NCBI GenBank assembly: GCA_951406725.2
Contig: OX597828.1
Coordinates: 45,012,001-45,076,000 of the forward strand
Source of the DNA: Octopus vulgaris
Taxonomy: Eukaryota
Direction of reading: 5' to 3'
Length of the DNA: 64,000 nucleotides
In this document: positions 1 through 41,624 of the stretch, in pieces
How positions within the stretch are numbered: the first letter of the stretch is position 1
Layout: each line of letters starts with the position of its first letter
The notes under the pieces: model-generated
What the model was told of the DNA's origin: nothing
Database searches by the model: none
The model's input: only the letters and a program-made list of their open reading frames with translations
Program-made: the position numbers and the translations under genes

Positions 1-54
1 TGACTAAGCCCTCATTGAAGGTTTTTAACTATGACTTGAAAAGAAGGGAGTATA

Positions 55-478
55 GGTGCAGGAGTGGGTGTGTGGTAAGAAGCTTGCTTCCCAACCACAT
101 GGTTCTGGGTTCAGTCCCACTGTGTGGTACCTTTAGCAAGTATCTTCTACTAAAGTCTCAGGCCGAATAAAGCCTTGTGAGTGGATTTGGTAGACAGAAA
201 CTGAAAGAAGCCCATTGTATATGCACACACAAACACGCACACACACACATACACATATATGTGTATGTATATATTGTGTGTCTGTGTTTGTCCCCCCACT
301 CCATTATCGCTTGACAACCGATGCTGGCTTGTTTACATCCCTGTAACATATTGGTTTGGCAAAATAGACCGATAGAAAAAGTACTTGGCTTACAAAGAAC
401 AAGTCTTGAGTTGATTTGTTTGACTAAAGGCGGTGCTCCCGCATGGCCACAGTCAAATGACTGAAACAAATAAAATAG
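55..478 (+). mobile_element. tRNA-derived SINE (family A)
   Basis: A/B-box head (gtgtggtaag...gggttcagtccc), internal (TG)n, 3' tail ggcggtgctcc.gcatggcc.cagtcaaatgactgaaacaa; more than 15 copies in the window. Confidence 0.8.
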
Positions 479-639
479 TAATAGAGTAATGGGGACAGAA
501 AAGTTACAGTTGAGGGTGGTGAACAGCATTGCTTGATGGTTCTTCACACAACTTTTTTGGTTATAATTTCCTATAAAGATTGTTCTGAAGTGTTTAAGAG
601 ATTTTAGTTAGTTCTGGGATGGTTTATATTGCTTTCGAT

Positions 640-924
640 CAGTGTTTCTCAACCATTTCTAACCTATGGATCCCTTTGGTTTCTATTTTACTCAGATGGA
701 CTCTCCCAACCATTCGATGTTAAAAAAAAAAAACGAAATCATATATTTTAACAATTGAGTATTATTGGGAATTATTATACAAAAGAAATTGTTAAAATAT
801 TTTGTGTGTCGTTGATTTATAACCAATTTATTGCAGATGAATTTTAACAACAAAATCTTACATGGGACTCCCCACCCACCCATCCTCGCCCAAGGATCAC
901 ATGGACCCTGGTTGAGAACCACTA
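640..924. mobile_element. hAT (Charlie-like) MITE
   Basis: TIRs cagtgtttctcaacc / ggttgagaaccact; internal sequence shared with 29404-29753. Confidence 0.7.
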
Positions 925-1492
925 CCTTAGAAGATTGTCCCCTGTTTTTGTAAATTTTAAATTTATTTTTTTCAATTTTTATATATATATTATTCTCTTT
1001 CTCTTCAACACACACAATTGTACACAAACACACACACACACATTCACACATATACATATATATTACGATTTTACCTGAAACACCCACTGTTTACACACTT
1101 CATTTTTATAATGAGAAAGAGCAGACTACTACTACTACTACTACTCTTATTTATTTCCATTGACAGGAATTTTGGAGGTGCTAAAATGAAGAGGTACCAC
1201 TTTTATGGGGAATTCAGCAACTTAAAATAACCTACTGCAATGGAGAGAGAAACTAAATATAATGGTTTCAGTTTTTGGCACGAGGCCATCAAGTTACAAT
1301 GTCCCCAATTATCTAACTGGTATTTCTTTTAACGACCCTGAGAGGATGAAAGGCAAAGTTGACCGCAGTGGAATTTGAACTCAGAACATAAAGACGGACG
1401 AAATGCAGTTAAGCATTTTGCCTAGTGGTCTAACAATCCGCCAGCTTGCTGTTTTAATGATAATAATAATAATAATAATAATAGTAGTAGTA

Positions 1493-1540
<48 letters not shown>

Positions 1541-1859
1541 GTAGTAGTAGTAATAATAATAATAATAATGTTCATAAGACTATATAGAGTATATATTCAA
1601 TGAAATAAACAACCACCAAGAGGCCTTGTAACCTAACAGAAGCATACAACTCACATTACACGCACAGCACACAATACAAGCACTAATACAACAAAAGACT
1701 GCAACCAGACCCTATAACAAACGAACTGACTCAATACAATGCTGGGAAGAGTTTGCACAATAACAAAAAACAAAGACACAATGCTACACACAACCCAGCA
1801 ACATGAAGGTGTAGCAGATGATGCAGTGGAAATTTACCTGAAACTACCAAATTTTGAAT

Positions 1860-2312
<453 letters not shown>

Positions 2313-2542
2313 GAATAATACGGATTTCTTTTTAGTTTTTGGCACAAGGCCAGTAATTTTGAGGGCAGGGGCAAGTCAATTACTCTGACCCTGCTTCTCA
2401 ACTGTTACTTGATTTGCTAACCCTGAAAGAATGAAAGCAAAGATCAGTCTTTATGGAACTGAGAGACCGACCCATAAAGAAACAGAAGCGATGTCACAAG
2501 CATTTTTATCTGGAGATGTAATGATTGTGTCAGCTCAACATT

Positions 2543-2579
<37 letters not shown>

Positions 2580-2694
2580 TAATGTCACAATACTAATAAT
2601 AGCAATTACATTGATAATAAAATATTAACAATAATAAAAATAATATTAAAATATTTCATACAATATTTATATATTTATTTACATATTTTTGTCC

Positions 2695-2740
<46 letters not shown>

Positions 2741-3052
2741 GATTATTAAATGATATACTGATTTCTTACATAGCCTCAAATTTATACAAGAATGGCGGGG
2801 GAGGGAGGATGGAAGAAGACCGCATGGCTTACATGTTGTTCTCAATAGATATTAGTGACATACAAGAAATGTAATTGCACCAGTAGGATTTGAAACTGTT
2901 TCCGGATTTGAAATCAACAAAACAGTGCAACTCATATGCATCCACATTTAGATCTGCACACACATCAAAATAATAAAAATCCAAACATATGCATATATAT
3001 ATGAAGTTAATCCAAGCATGAAAACACAAAGAGTAAACACAAAGCGAGGACG

Positions 3053-3085
<33 letters not shown>

Positions 3086-3772
3086 ATATATATATGTATA
3101 TATATATATATATGTATGTATGTATGTATGTATGAGTATATGTATATATATGTATATTTATATATATGCACACACATTCATATATATATGTATGTATATA
3201 TATATATGTGTGTGTGTGCATGTTTGTATGTGTAATTTAATGTACATAGTATAGAGAATTATGCTACTAACAGTTTCTTGCTCTGGAAATGTGCATCTAA
3301 GCAGGGTTTTATAGCATGCCTTATGTCTCCAAGCAATCTGCGGGCTCTGAGCACATGGTCTACTGAAAGGGAACATAACTCTTATTTTCTCTCTTTTCTT
3401 TTCTTTTTCACTTTTCCTTCACCCTTCTAATCTTTGCATCTACCTTCTTTTCCATTTTTACTCATGATTTCTCTTGTAGCAGCATCTTGATTTGCAAACT
3501 AAATAGACCATGTGCTCAGAGCATGACATTTGTTTGCTGACACAATGTGTGTTATAAGACCTACCTAGATCCACATCTCCAAGATCCACACCTCCAAAGC
3601 TATCTTTTATTCTGTGTTTATTAAAAGATATTTATTTCTCACGAGAAGGAGTACTCTTTTGTTGATTTAACCTTAATAGATGAGTAAACTGTGTGCGTGT
3701 ATGCTTGTGTTTGAGTGTGTGTGTGAGAGAGAGGGAGAGAGAATGTGTGTGCATACATACATACATACATAC

Positions 3773-3818
<46 letters not shown>

Positions 3819-4177
3819 ATTCTTATTCTTGTATGAATATTCATCTGTATATATTATGTATAATATATATTGCAGTAAAAATGCTGCTGTTTTCATCTTG
3901 AGAAAGTTTTTCACATAGACAAAAAGCATAGAAGAGTATCAGTTGCAGAAAAAAAAGCTACTGTTATGGTTCTGTGCTTTTTAGCATTATAGGTCTATAT
4001 GAGAAGCTTTCTCAAAACAAATGACACAGTTTTGTGGCTTTCTACAGGATATCCATGTTACATGACATATACAGATACCTATTCTGAACTGAACCAGTAC
4101 TATTTCCCTTGCTAATAACACACACACACACACACACACAAACACACAAACACACACACACACACATAACATATATA

Positions 4178-5082
4178 GAGGGTGGGTGGAAAGTAACTAG
4201 GCATTAGAAATTGCTTATAGAATTTTTAGGAACACCGATGTCATGACAAAAACATCTTTTAAACAGACAACACAAATGGGGATTTTTTACTTCTTCATTG
4301 TCTTAAATCTTGTTTCTTATTTTCCAGATGGCCAGTCTCTTGAATGTTCATGAGTGAACTTAGATTACAGCATGCTATGAAGTGTGGAATTTCATTGTTT
4401 TGATTCAGAGATGGTGGCATTATTGGAAAGGTAAGCATGCAAGACTTCATTTGGAGACAATAAAAAGTTGTCTGCAAAGCTAATGGCTACGGGCTCTATG
4501 AATGATGCAAGAAGAAGGGGCCCTCCAACTCCAACCACATCCCAATCAGTGAAGAATATGGCAACAGTGCAGGAAATGTTTAATTACAGTCCACAAAAAT
4601 CAACACATCAAGCAGCTCATGAAAGTGGACTAACAAGACACACACTGTGTATGGTGTTACTTAAAGAATTGAATTTTTGCCAATGGAAACCCCATTATAT
4701 GCAGGAACTAAAACCTGTAGCCTGACCACAAAAGTTCAAAAGTCCAGAACTCCAAGAAGTCCAGATCTCACTCCATGAGATTTTTACCTTTGGGGTTACA
4801 CAAAAAAGGTGTACAAGACAAAACCTCACATACTGGATGATTTGGAGACATGGATTCGGGATGTTCTCAATGATATCTTAGATGATGTCCTTCACAAAAT
4901 TATTCATTCCATCCATGGCCATTCGAGGAAATGGATTGATGCCACCGGTACTTATGTTGAAATATGAAGATTTACTTTCATTTTCCCATCTAATAAAGAA
5001 CATGAATCATTTGTTTCAATAAATTTGTAAAAGGGATATGGATTTTATTACCATTTTTTTAATGCCTACTAACTTTGCACCC

Positions 5083-5088
<6 letters not shown>
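4178..5088 (+). mobile_element. Tc1/mariner DNA transposon relic (internally deleted)
   Basis: About 30-bp TIRs gagggtgggtg(g/c)aaagt..taggcatta; degenerate transposase with an HTH region and PRSPDLTP*DFYLWGY..KVY. Confidence 0.85.
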
Positions 5089-5158
<70 letters not shown>

Positions 5159-6266
5159 AACATTACACATATATATGTATATATATATATGTATGTATAT
5201 ATATGTATATATATATATATGTATATATGTATGTATATATATACATATATACATATATATGGATATATGTATGTGTATATATATATGCATATATATACAT
5301 ATATATATGTATGCATATATACATATATATATGTATATATATATATATATATATACTTATATATATGTATATAGATACATATATATAAATATGTATCTGT
5401 ATATATATATATATGTAAATGTATATAGTATATGTATATATATATATGTGTGTATATATATATATGTATATATATAATATACATATTATATATATACATA
5501 ATATATATATAAACACACACATTTATAAATAATAATATATATACTCATATGTATATATATACATATATATATATACATGTGAATGTGTGTATGTGTGAGT
5601 GCATATATGTGTGCATGCATGTGTGTGTGTGTGTGTTCGTGTGTGTGTGTGTATATATTTATTGGAGGCATTAACCTTTAAATAGACAAAATGAGATGTT
5701 TTGGCATACATGCATTTACCAATGAAATGAAACACAACTGTCACCGGCTAATGGCCTTGATTTAGCCCATTAGTTGTTTCATATTTTGATTCTTACCAAA
5801 CAACAACAATATTTTAAAATGTCACAGAAATATCTATAATTCAAGAAGCTTATGGATTTCAACATAGATCTCTTTTAAAGGAATATTTATTTTAACACAC
5901 AGACATTCATATGCACACACAAAATACACACTTACACACATATGTATGCATGTATGTATATATGTAGATAGATATATCAAACTATATATGTGCATATATA
6001 TAAGTGTATATATATATACATATATATATATGTAAATGCATATATACAAGTAAATATATATATGTGTATGTGTGTGTATATATATAGATATATACATACA
6101 TACATATATGTATATATATATATACACACATATATATATACATATATACACACACATGTGTATGTGTGTTTATGTGTGATTCAATATATACATGTAGGTA
6201 TATAACCATATAAATTTAAATAATTTAGAATCTGCATTTTTAAGTCATTTATTTATTATAACAATC

Positions 6267-6412
<146 letters not shown>

Positions 6413-6606
6413 CATAATAATAATAATCATAATGCAGTTTTATTATTATCATCAATAATATTTTCCCATTGTTTTTCTTTTTTTTTTTTTTTTGCATGTA
6501 TGTCCCTTCAGTTCTGAATCAGAATATAGAATTGACAACGAAAACATTTTTAACACATTTCTTTAATTTATATCATTTTACTTCTTTTTTTTTGTCAACA
6601 ACAGTC

Positions 6607-6656
<50 letters not shown>

Positions 6657-7220
6657 TAATAATAATAATAATAATAATAATGATGATGATGATGATAACA
6701 ATTATTATTATTATTACTGTTGTAATGATTATTATTATTATTACTATTATTATTTCTGATTTATGCACAAGGCCAGCAATTTTGAAAGGAGGTGGGAGTT
6801 TATTTGATTAAAATGACCCCAGTAATTGACTGGTACTTTAATTTATTTACCCAAAAAGGTTGAAAATCAAAGTTAAACTTAGCAAGGTTTGGAATCAGAA
6901 AATAAAATGACACAAGGTGTAACACATAGCATATTGTCTAATGTCCTAATAATTTTGTCAGGGTTGTCTACATCGGGCAAAGGCCATTAAGTTGGAAGGA
7001 AGCATTCATACAATTAGATCAAACCACTAGACTGGTACGTTATTTTATTGACCTCAGAGGGGATGAAAGGCAAAATTGGCCTTGCCAGAATTGAAACCGA
7101 AAACTAAAGGGACCTGACTAAATGCTACAAAGCATTTTGCCAGATGCTCCTCTAATGATTCAGTTAATCAAATGCTCTTATTATGTAATAATAATAATAA
7201 TAATAATATTAATAATAATG

Positions 7221-7272
<52 letters not shown>

Positions 7273-7888
7273 TAATAATAATATTAATAATAATAATGAT
7301 AATAATAACATCATCAACAACAACAACAGTGATAACAATAATATAAATAATAAATTGCATTGTAAGAAATATAGAACTGGACTGGAATGATAAAAGATGG
7401 AGAATGGTAAAGCTGAGAAAATCCTTTAAAAAAGGTAAAATTAGCAAAGGCAGGCAACTAGAATTTATGATGCCAAGATGTTCTCTTTGTGGAATTGGTA
7501 ATTTACAGAATTAACAAAAAAATAAGTACCCCAGACATTTTCATGCTTAGAAAGATTGAGTTAGTCGATGCAAGCTTGTATAATTTAGCTATTGAAATAT
7601 TATAAGAAAGATTGGGACAAGCAGGGGCGGGGCATTGGAGTGTAGAAGTAAATATAATATAAATACATATTGTATATTCATTAATATTTATTAAAGAGTG
7701 TGTATTCAAACTATATGCATTCTATACAGTTTATAAACAGCCAATTTTTATTTATTTTGCTCTATTTTTTTATTTGTTTTCTTTTTTAGCATTCAAATTT
7801 GTAAACCATTTTAATTGAAATTCAGTGAGTGTATGTGTCAATATATATATGTATATGTATATATGCATGTATGTATAATTATACGTAG

Positions 7889-7929
<41 letters not shown>

Positions 7930-8589
7930 TATATATACATATATATGTATATATGTATGCTCAGACACATTCATGTGCACATACGTTCACACATGCACAA
8001 ACACACACACAGAAATATATATATGTATACGCTCACACACATGCACACATATATAATATATACATATATGTATATATATACACACACACAAACACACATA
8101 TATACATATGTATGTATATATATATATACATATATATGTATATATATATACATATATATGTATATATCATATATATATATATATATATATGAAAAGAGTG
8201 GGATGGAATGAAAATTTCTAGTACTACTTAAAAAAGTGGGTTTTTTAGATTTTTCTTTTATATTACTTTATATGCCAAAAGAATATGGTGTAGAATTGGG
8301 AAAGCAATGTGATTTCCTGGAAATAAAAATTCTCTACTATTTTAGACATTTAGTTAAAAAGGATTTTTTTTGTTTTATTTTGGTTTGTTTTTAATTCATC
8401 TGGGGAATTTGCATCTTTTTGCACAATATCTGTTAATGTTACATCTTTTTGTACAATATTTGATAAAATCACATCTTTTTCTATTTTTTTAGCACAATAT
8501 ACATTGGAATCACACCTGTAAATTTTGTTAGAAACCGATTTCAAGTAGTTTCCATTCTTTTTTATTTTATAGGTTTGTATGTTTATATA

Positions 8590-8633
<44 letters not shown>

Positions 8634-8812
8634 CATACACACATATACATATATATATATATAAATATACACACACGCATATATATATATAGGTACATAT
8701 ATATGCATAAGTATGTATATGTAAGTCTATATGTATATGTATGTATGTATATACACATATGCATTTATATCTATATATATATTGATATATATGTATATAT
8801 ATCTTTATATCT

Positions 8813-8844
<32 letters not shown>

Positions 8845-8862
8845 GAATGTATGTGAGTGTAT

Positions 8863-8932
<70 letters not shown>

Positions 8933-9326
8933 GTATATATAAATATTTGAATCATCTTATACACCACTGTTTAATTATTGTGCATCTTTTGGTTGAGATA
9001 GTTGACTACTCTCAAAAATCTTCATTGTATTTCCGGCAGAAAAAAAAAATATAGAAAATTTTTTTCTAATTCCTTTTTTATTAATTCATTATTTTTCGTT
9101 TTGTTTTTTTTTGTATATTTTTTTTGTTCGTCTTGTTTGTTTTCAAATGTTCAGTTTCTTTTCTTTCTTTTTTTTTTGTATTTTTTTTAACACTTTCAAG
9201 AGCAAATTACATTGAAAGAAGGACTGAATAAAGAAATCAACAGCTGTTTATATTGCCAAGTATATGGTGCAAGTGACTCCAAAATGCCAGTCTTGGCAAT
9301 GCAACAGTGCAACAACAACAACAATA

Positions 9327-9396
<70 letters not shown>

Positions 9397-9419
9397 TAAT
9401 AATGATAATAATAATAATG

Positions 9420-9474
<55 letters not shown>

Positions 9475-9484
9475 TAATTATAAT

Positions 9485-9533
<49 letters not shown>

Positions 9534-9840
9534 TTTACGATAATAATACTAATGTTAGTAGTAGGAGAAGTAGTAGTAAGGGCTAATAATCCTTCTTCTT
9601 CTATAGGTTCACGGCCTGAAATTTTGGTGGGAGGGAGGGAGGGATCTAGTTGATTATATCGACCCCAGTGTTTGACTGGTATTTATTTTATTGACCTCGA
9701 AAGGATGACAGGTAAAGTTGACCTTGGTCGCGATTGAACACAAGACAAAGAACCAGCAAAAACATGGATAAGCATTTTGTCTGACACTCTAAAAGTTCTG
9801 TCAGCAGACCACCTGCCTAATAATAATAAAAATAATAATG

Positions 9841-9892
<52 letters not shown>

Positions 9893-10182
9893 TAACAATG
9901 ACAGCAACAACAAGAACAAAAACAAAAACAATGATTTCTAATATTGGTACATGGCCAGTAAGTTTCGAGGGAGGTGGGTAGTCGATAGCTTTGACCCCCA
10001 GTACTTCACTGGTACTCTATTTTATCAACTCCAAAAGGAGGTAAGGAAAAGTTGGCCTCTAAAGAATTTGAGCTCAGAATGTAAAAAAAAAAAGAAAACA
10101 GCACTAATAGCCCAAGGCATATTTTTCTGATACTCCAACAGCTCTGTGAATCCAATATGCACCCACCCAAATAATAATAATG

Positions 10183-10219
<37 letters not shown>

Positions 10220-10220
<1 letters not shown>

Positions 10221-10500
10221 CTGAGATCGCTAAGATGTAGCAGCTACGAGAGTCAGGCATAAAAGTTATCCCTATTGTTATCGGAGCATTGGGTTCAATA
10301 CCAGCCAATCTGAAGACACATCTAGTAACTTTAGAAATACCCTACAGACTAGGTGTATTGCAAAAATTGGCATTACTTGGAACTGCACACATATTGCATA
10401 AAGTACTGTCTGTCTGAGGTCCTTGTTGTGACTTGACAGACAATGCAAACCCCTGGTAGACACACTGTCAACAACTTCATGATATTGTATACTGTGCAAA
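10220..10500 (+). mobile_element. R4/Dong-like non-LTR retrotransposon 3' fragment inserted in (TAA)n
   Basis: KVIPIVIGALGSIP...LQKLALLGTAHILHKVL C-terminus; (TAA)n on both sides. Confidence 0.75.
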
Positions 10501-10505
10501 TAATA

Positions 10506-10635
<130 letters not shown>

Positions 10636-10640
10636 TGATG

Positions 10641-10699
<59 letters not shown>

Positions 10700-10855
10700 C
10701 CTTTCTAATATAGGCACAATGCCTGAAATTTTTGGAGAGGGGCCCAGTTGATTACATCCAACCCAGTACATGACTGGTACTTATTTTATTGATCCTAAAA
10801 GGATGAAAGGCAAAGTTGACCTGGGCAGAATTTGAACTCAGAATCTATTTGTCCA

Positions 10856-10920
<65 letters not shown>

Positions 10921-11218
10921 TAATAATAACAACGATAATCATAATAATAATTTCAAAGTTTGACGCAAGACCCTGCGATATCGGGGGATGGGGGGATGTG
11001 GAGAGTGAGTTAGTAGATCGAACTGACCCCAGTGTTCAACTGGTACATATTTTATTGAACTCCCCACCACCACCACCACCACCACCACCACCACACTAAA
11101 GGATGAAAGGCAAGGTCAGCATTAGCAGAATTGGAACTCAGAATGTGAAGATAGAGGCAATGGTGGTAAACATTCTGCTTGGTGTGCTAACGATTCTGCC
11201 ACCTTACCACCTTATTAT

Positions 11219-11291
<73 letters not shown>

Positions 11292-12455
11292 GTAATATAT
11301 TACATATTAATAACATCAAATAATAATACTAATTTTAAATAAACCAGAAACATAATTATTAATGATTCTAACAAATGTTGTGCAAAGTAAAAAACAAATT
11401 TTCTTTAAAAAATTATTAAATTAAAAAAATTCAATTAGTTTAATTTTATTGCTTAAAATATATATAATATTTTTAACAATTACATTTATTTTTGTTTTAG
11501 TTTTTTGCCACACACACACAGACACATACACACATTCACACACATACATATACACCCATACATATACATATATATATATATCTATATGTATATTATGCAT
11601 GTATGCATGCATATATATATATATATATATATATATGCATCTGTATATATTTTTGTAAAGACAAACACATAGATGCATATATGTAGACACACACAAACAC
11701 ACATACACATATACCTAAATGCATGTATATGAAAACACACACACACACACATATATATATACATGTGTTCATGTGTATTTGAGTGTGTATTCATGTATAT
11801 ATATATATATACACACACATACACATAAATATATACATACATGTATATATATCTATATACATGCATACATACATATATACATGAATCACCTTTTACTTAC
11901 ACTATTGAAAATAAATATATAACTATGTTCCAAATTAGCCTCTTTAATTTTGTGAATCTTTATATAAGACATTTGCTGCTTGCTTGGTACAATAAAGTTC
12001 CTATATCTCTTTATGTCAGTATAGCCAGACTATCTTGGACTCATCATCTGCATAAGTTATGTTGGCTCTGTTCTGCATTATTGTATATTGAGAGACCTTT
12101 GATTATGCAGACATATATTCTGATGATGAGGCTCAGACACTTTGGAAATATCATTTATACTTTTAGAATTTGTACTTTTAGAACATTCGTTTCTCAAACT
12201 GCAAATGTCATCTATGAAGATATGAGAAAACCTTAAAGACTCAGTTTGCTTTTCACTATGAGGTGTACACACACACATATACCTATATATGTATGTGTGT
12301 ATATATATTTATATATGTGTGTGTGTGTATATATATATATATATTTATGTATGTATAAATATATATATATATATATATGTATGTGTATATATATATATAT
12401 GTATATATATATATTTATAGATATATATTTACATATATATATATAAGCACATGTG

Positions 12456-12558
<103 letters not shown>

Positions 12559-12917
12559 ATGTATATATATATTTGTAAATTATCTCAATAGGTATTTCGC
12601 ATTTATAACAAAAATAATCATTTCGTGCAAAAACGATTAGCAAGAGGTATCAATAAAAATGAATAGAATCAGATTTAGTGTCACAATATATATAACAATA
12701 TATATATATAACACTCAAACATCTTCACGTGTGCATGCATGTATGTATGATTGTGTTTATATATATATATGAATAAATATATGTATAATTCAAATGTGTG
12801 TGTATATATGCATACACCCACATGCATGCATATACATATATATATATATATATATAAACCATATATATACATACATGCATATATATATATATATGTATAT
12901 ATATATACATGTGTATT

Positions 12918-12991
<74 letters not shown>

Positions 12992-13560
12992 GTATATATA
13001 TATATGTATATATAAACACCATTCTATTCATCATTACGTATATACATTTAAGATGACAGAAAGGTAATTGTACACAAAAAAAATTTGTGAATATATTTGT
13101 ATATAACAGACAGAAAAAATCCAACAGTAAGTATAGTAATTAACAAAAACAGGAAGTTAAGGCTGAGAGAATGATAGAAAAAGATTATATAGAAATAACA
13201 AAGAATGAAATTTTTCAGATATAAATATAAATAAAAATTTTTGTTTTGTCAAGTGAGAAAAAAATGTGGTGTGCATTTATATAAAGGTTCTTGTATTTTT
13301 ATTCTTTATAATTTATGTTAAATTGTTTTAATTATAATAATTTATTTTTGTTTATGTTAATATATGTTTATACAAATTTATTGACATTCCTTTTTTTCTT
13401 CATATATTTTTCTTCGTGTTCAATTGAATTTTTTTATTTCCTGCAGTTACAACTGATATTAGTTGTGTCCGAATGCAACTTCACAGTAAGGAATTTATAT
13501 ATATATATACACATACATATATAGATAATAGATGTGCATATAAATGTATGCATATATGTA

Positions 13561-13629
<69 letters not shown>

Positions 13630-13631
13630 GC

Positions 13632-13686
<55 letters not shown>

Positions 13687-13924
13687 AATATACATATGTA
13701 CACATACATGCATATATATATATATTACTTATACAAATATACATTCATATATATATGTAACACTTTTTCTATGGATATATATATATACATATACAGTGAT
13801 CAGTGTATCTTATTTCATGTGGATGTCCTATAAGGAAGCCACAATGCTCTCGTATATATATTAAGAAGGCATTCTCATTTAGATATATAGATGCAGTATT
13901 GAGACTTTCTTATACATACATATA

Positions 13925-13960
<36 letters not shown>

Positions 13961-14705
13961 AATACACACACACATATATATATGTATACTTATGTATGTG
14001 TACAAATATGGATATTTTGTAAATCATCAACTCGTGGTGATTGCTAGAAAAATTTTCTGTATAATCATACTTGAAGTCACAAATTATAACCATGAAATTA
14101 TTACCCACAAGAAATATGAAATTTCTACATCAACTATATGTATTATATATGTTCACCTGATTTACATAAATCCTTATACTTATACATGTATGTGTGTGTA
14201 TGTATGTATATATATCTATGTATGTATATGTATATTTGTATATGCATGTATATATGTATATGATGGTGTGCATGTATGTATGTGTTTGTCTATGTGTATC
14301 TATGTGTTTGTGTGTGGAGGGTTATCAGTCTGCGCTTGGAGAGTTGTATTTAAGTCATTGGTCAAGTAACGCATACATGTGGAGTAGGTCATTTATATAC
14401 GAAAGTGTAAATACTTATAGAAACATTTGAGTGCCATGTGCATTTAGGAAGTAAGTCATGTGACCTTTTTTTACAGCTGATGACAACAAATTCATCATCA
14501 TTATCATCATCATCATCATCATCGTTTAGCGTCCGTTTTCCATGCTAGCATGGGTTGGACTAGTGGGTTGAAATTATAAAGGGGAAATTTTTATACAGTT
14601 GCATGTGTATATGTATGCATGTACATATGTGTGTATGTGTGTATATATATATATATATATATTTATGTAGACTAAGTCATATATATTTACAAACATACAT
14701 GTATT

Positions 14706-14741
<36 letters not shown>

Positions 14742-15349
14742 CATATATATATATATATACATATATATGTGTATATATATATACATATATATATATATAC
14801 ATATATATATACATATATACATATATATATATATGTATATATATATATTTATATAATATATTATATATATTTATATATATATATACATATATATATACAT
14901 ATATATATACATACATATATATATATACATGTATATATATATATATATACATGTATATATTTGTGTTTTGTGATTATGTGTATGTGCCTTTGTGTATGTG
15001 TGTGTGTGTGTGTGTGTGTATTTTATACAGGCATATGATTGTGAAATGTGAAAGTGTATTTAAATGTGTAGCTTTGTGCGCATGCAGATTAGCAGCATAC
15101 CTTTTTAAATCTATTTTATGAAACTGTCATACATATGCATGTAAAATTTTACATATATATATGTGCTTAGGCATGCATTAATTACTGCTTATACATACAA
15201 ACATATATATATATATGTTTGTATGTATGTATATGCACACTATATATGTATTTATATACACATATTCACATATATATATATGTATATGTATATATGTTTG
15301 TTTATATATATATATATATATATATATATGTAGATAAATCTACATATGT

Positions 15350-15393
<44 letters not shown>

Positions 15394-15814
15394 GTAGATT
15401 TATCTCCCTATATATTGTATATACACAGAATTAATACATAAGCACATACACATACACATACACACATATATGTGTGTTTTTGTCTATATATTGTAATTAT
15501 GAGCACATATATAAGTTTGTATGCATATGTGTATGATTGTATATGTGTATATGTTTATATATATATATATATATGGTGTGTATATTACATATGTTTGTAC
15601 AAATTCTGTTATGTATTTATGTTTATGCATGTGTGTGTATATATATGTGTAAATATATGTGCTTGTATATATATATATATTTATACACACATATATACAT
15701 ATATATAAGTATATATATATATGTATATATGCATGTGTGTGTGAATATATATATATGTGTGTATATATATGTATGTGTATATAAATATTTATATATATGT
15801 ATGCATATGTATGA

Positions 15815-15851
<37 letters not shown>

Positions 15852-15982
15852 TGTATATGTACACATACATCCACAAATATGTATATATGCATATGAATGC
15901 ACACATGCTCTCACTTGCAATATCTGTGTGACACATATGTATGTATGAATGCACATAACCACAACATGTATAAACATTTCTT

Positions 15983-40035
<24,053 letters not shown>

Positions 40036-40313
40036 CTTTGGAGATAGTAAATAAAAAGAAAAAATAGGAAAAGGATCGCATTTAGTTACGACATACATAC
40101 AGTATAGCATAGATTACAATATGCTTGTTACACATTTTATTTATGTAATTATATGATATATATAATACATAGTCCATAATATAATACAAGATATAGTCCA
40201 TATATATAATACATAGTCCAACCCATGCTAGCATGGAAAGCGGACGTTAAATGATGATGATGATAGTACAGAGTATAAACTTTCACAAACATTATACTGT
40301 AACATTACAGACA

Positions 40314-40532
40314 TACAAAAGGGGCGCTGAAATCTTCCTGGCTTTAATGATATTGTGAAAGGCCTGGTTGGAGGCCCAAACTTCCAGGTTCCTTTACAGG
40401 GCTCAGAAAAACTGGAGGACCACTGCAATAAGTGTGTGAATCTGAGTGGGGTGATATGTGGAATAAAATCATAATTAACTCGTCCTCCTGAATTTCCTTT
40501 CACCCAAAACCAAAGAGCTTTCTTCACCTCAT
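40314..40532. mobile_element. mariner-derived MITE (degenerate)
   Basis: ggggcgctgaaatcttcctggcttt / aaagagctttcttcacctc imperfect TIRs. Confidence 0.5.
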
Positions 40533-40534
40533 AT

Positions 40535-40947
40535 ACTCTTTACTCTTTTACTTGTTTCAGTCATTTGACTGCGGCCATGCTGGAGCACCGCCTTTAATCG
40601 AGCAACTCGACCCCAGGACTTATTCTTTTGTAAGCCCAGTACTTATTCTATCGGTCTCTTTTGCCGAACCGCTAAGTAACGGGGACATAAACACACTAGC
40701 ATCAGTTGTCAAGCAATGCTAGGGGGGACAAACACAGACACACAAACACACACACGCATACATATATATATATATACATATATACGACGGGCTACTTTCA
40801 GTTTCCGTCAACCAAATCCACTCACAAGGCTTTGGTCGGACCGAGGCTATAGTAGAAGACACTTGCCCAAGGTGCCACGCAGTGGGACTGAACCCGGAAC
40901 CATGTGGTTGGTGAACAAGCTACTTACCACACAGCCACTCCTACACC
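40535..40947 (-). mobile_element. SINE family A, full length
   Basis: Matches the other copies; a further copy lies at 41096-41467. Confidence 0.85.
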
Positions 40948-41624
40948 TATACTGTAAGTTCAGCTATACATATTGTGTAATATATTAATTATGATACACC
41001 TGAGGACGTAGCATAAATTCTACATTATTTTGAAAGATTTTTTGGCATTTTGCATTCATGCAGACATGTAATTTATTTATTATCAAATATGATATTCTTT
41101 TATTTGTTTCAGTCATTTGACTGTGGTCATGATGGAGCACTGCCTTTAGTCAAAGGAATCAATCCCAGGACTTATTCTTTGTAAGCCTAGTCTCTTTTGC
41201 CAAACTGCTAAGTTATGGGTATGCAAACACAACATCGGTTGTCAAGCAATGGTGAAGGACAAACACAGATACATACATACACACACATATTTATATATAT
41301 ATATATATATATAAGAGGAGCTTCTTTCAGTTTCCATCGACCAAATCTACTCACGAGGCTTTGGTCAGCCAGAGGCTATAGTAGAAGACACTTGCCCAAG
41401 GTACCATGCAGTGGGACTGAACCCAGAACCATGTGGTTGGAAAGCAAGCTTCTTACCACACAGCCACAAAACAATTTGTTGTGATACTTGAATTCTCTTA
41501 TAAGACTTGATATGTATACATATGGTGCAGTATAAGCTATGGTACTCATATAATATAGTGTAAGTTATGATATTCATATTATAAAGTACTATTTATATCT
41601 TAGATGTTTTTGAAAACAACTTAC

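Noticed and set aside
8400-8490. 30-bp degenerate triple repeat reading IVQKDV in ORF 8350-8967
   Set aside because: No splice context or recognisable homology; the rest of the ORF is microsatellite.
13441-13490. Hammerhead-like remnants (also ~47415-47456 and ~49250-49306)
   Set aside because: Too many core mismatches to support.
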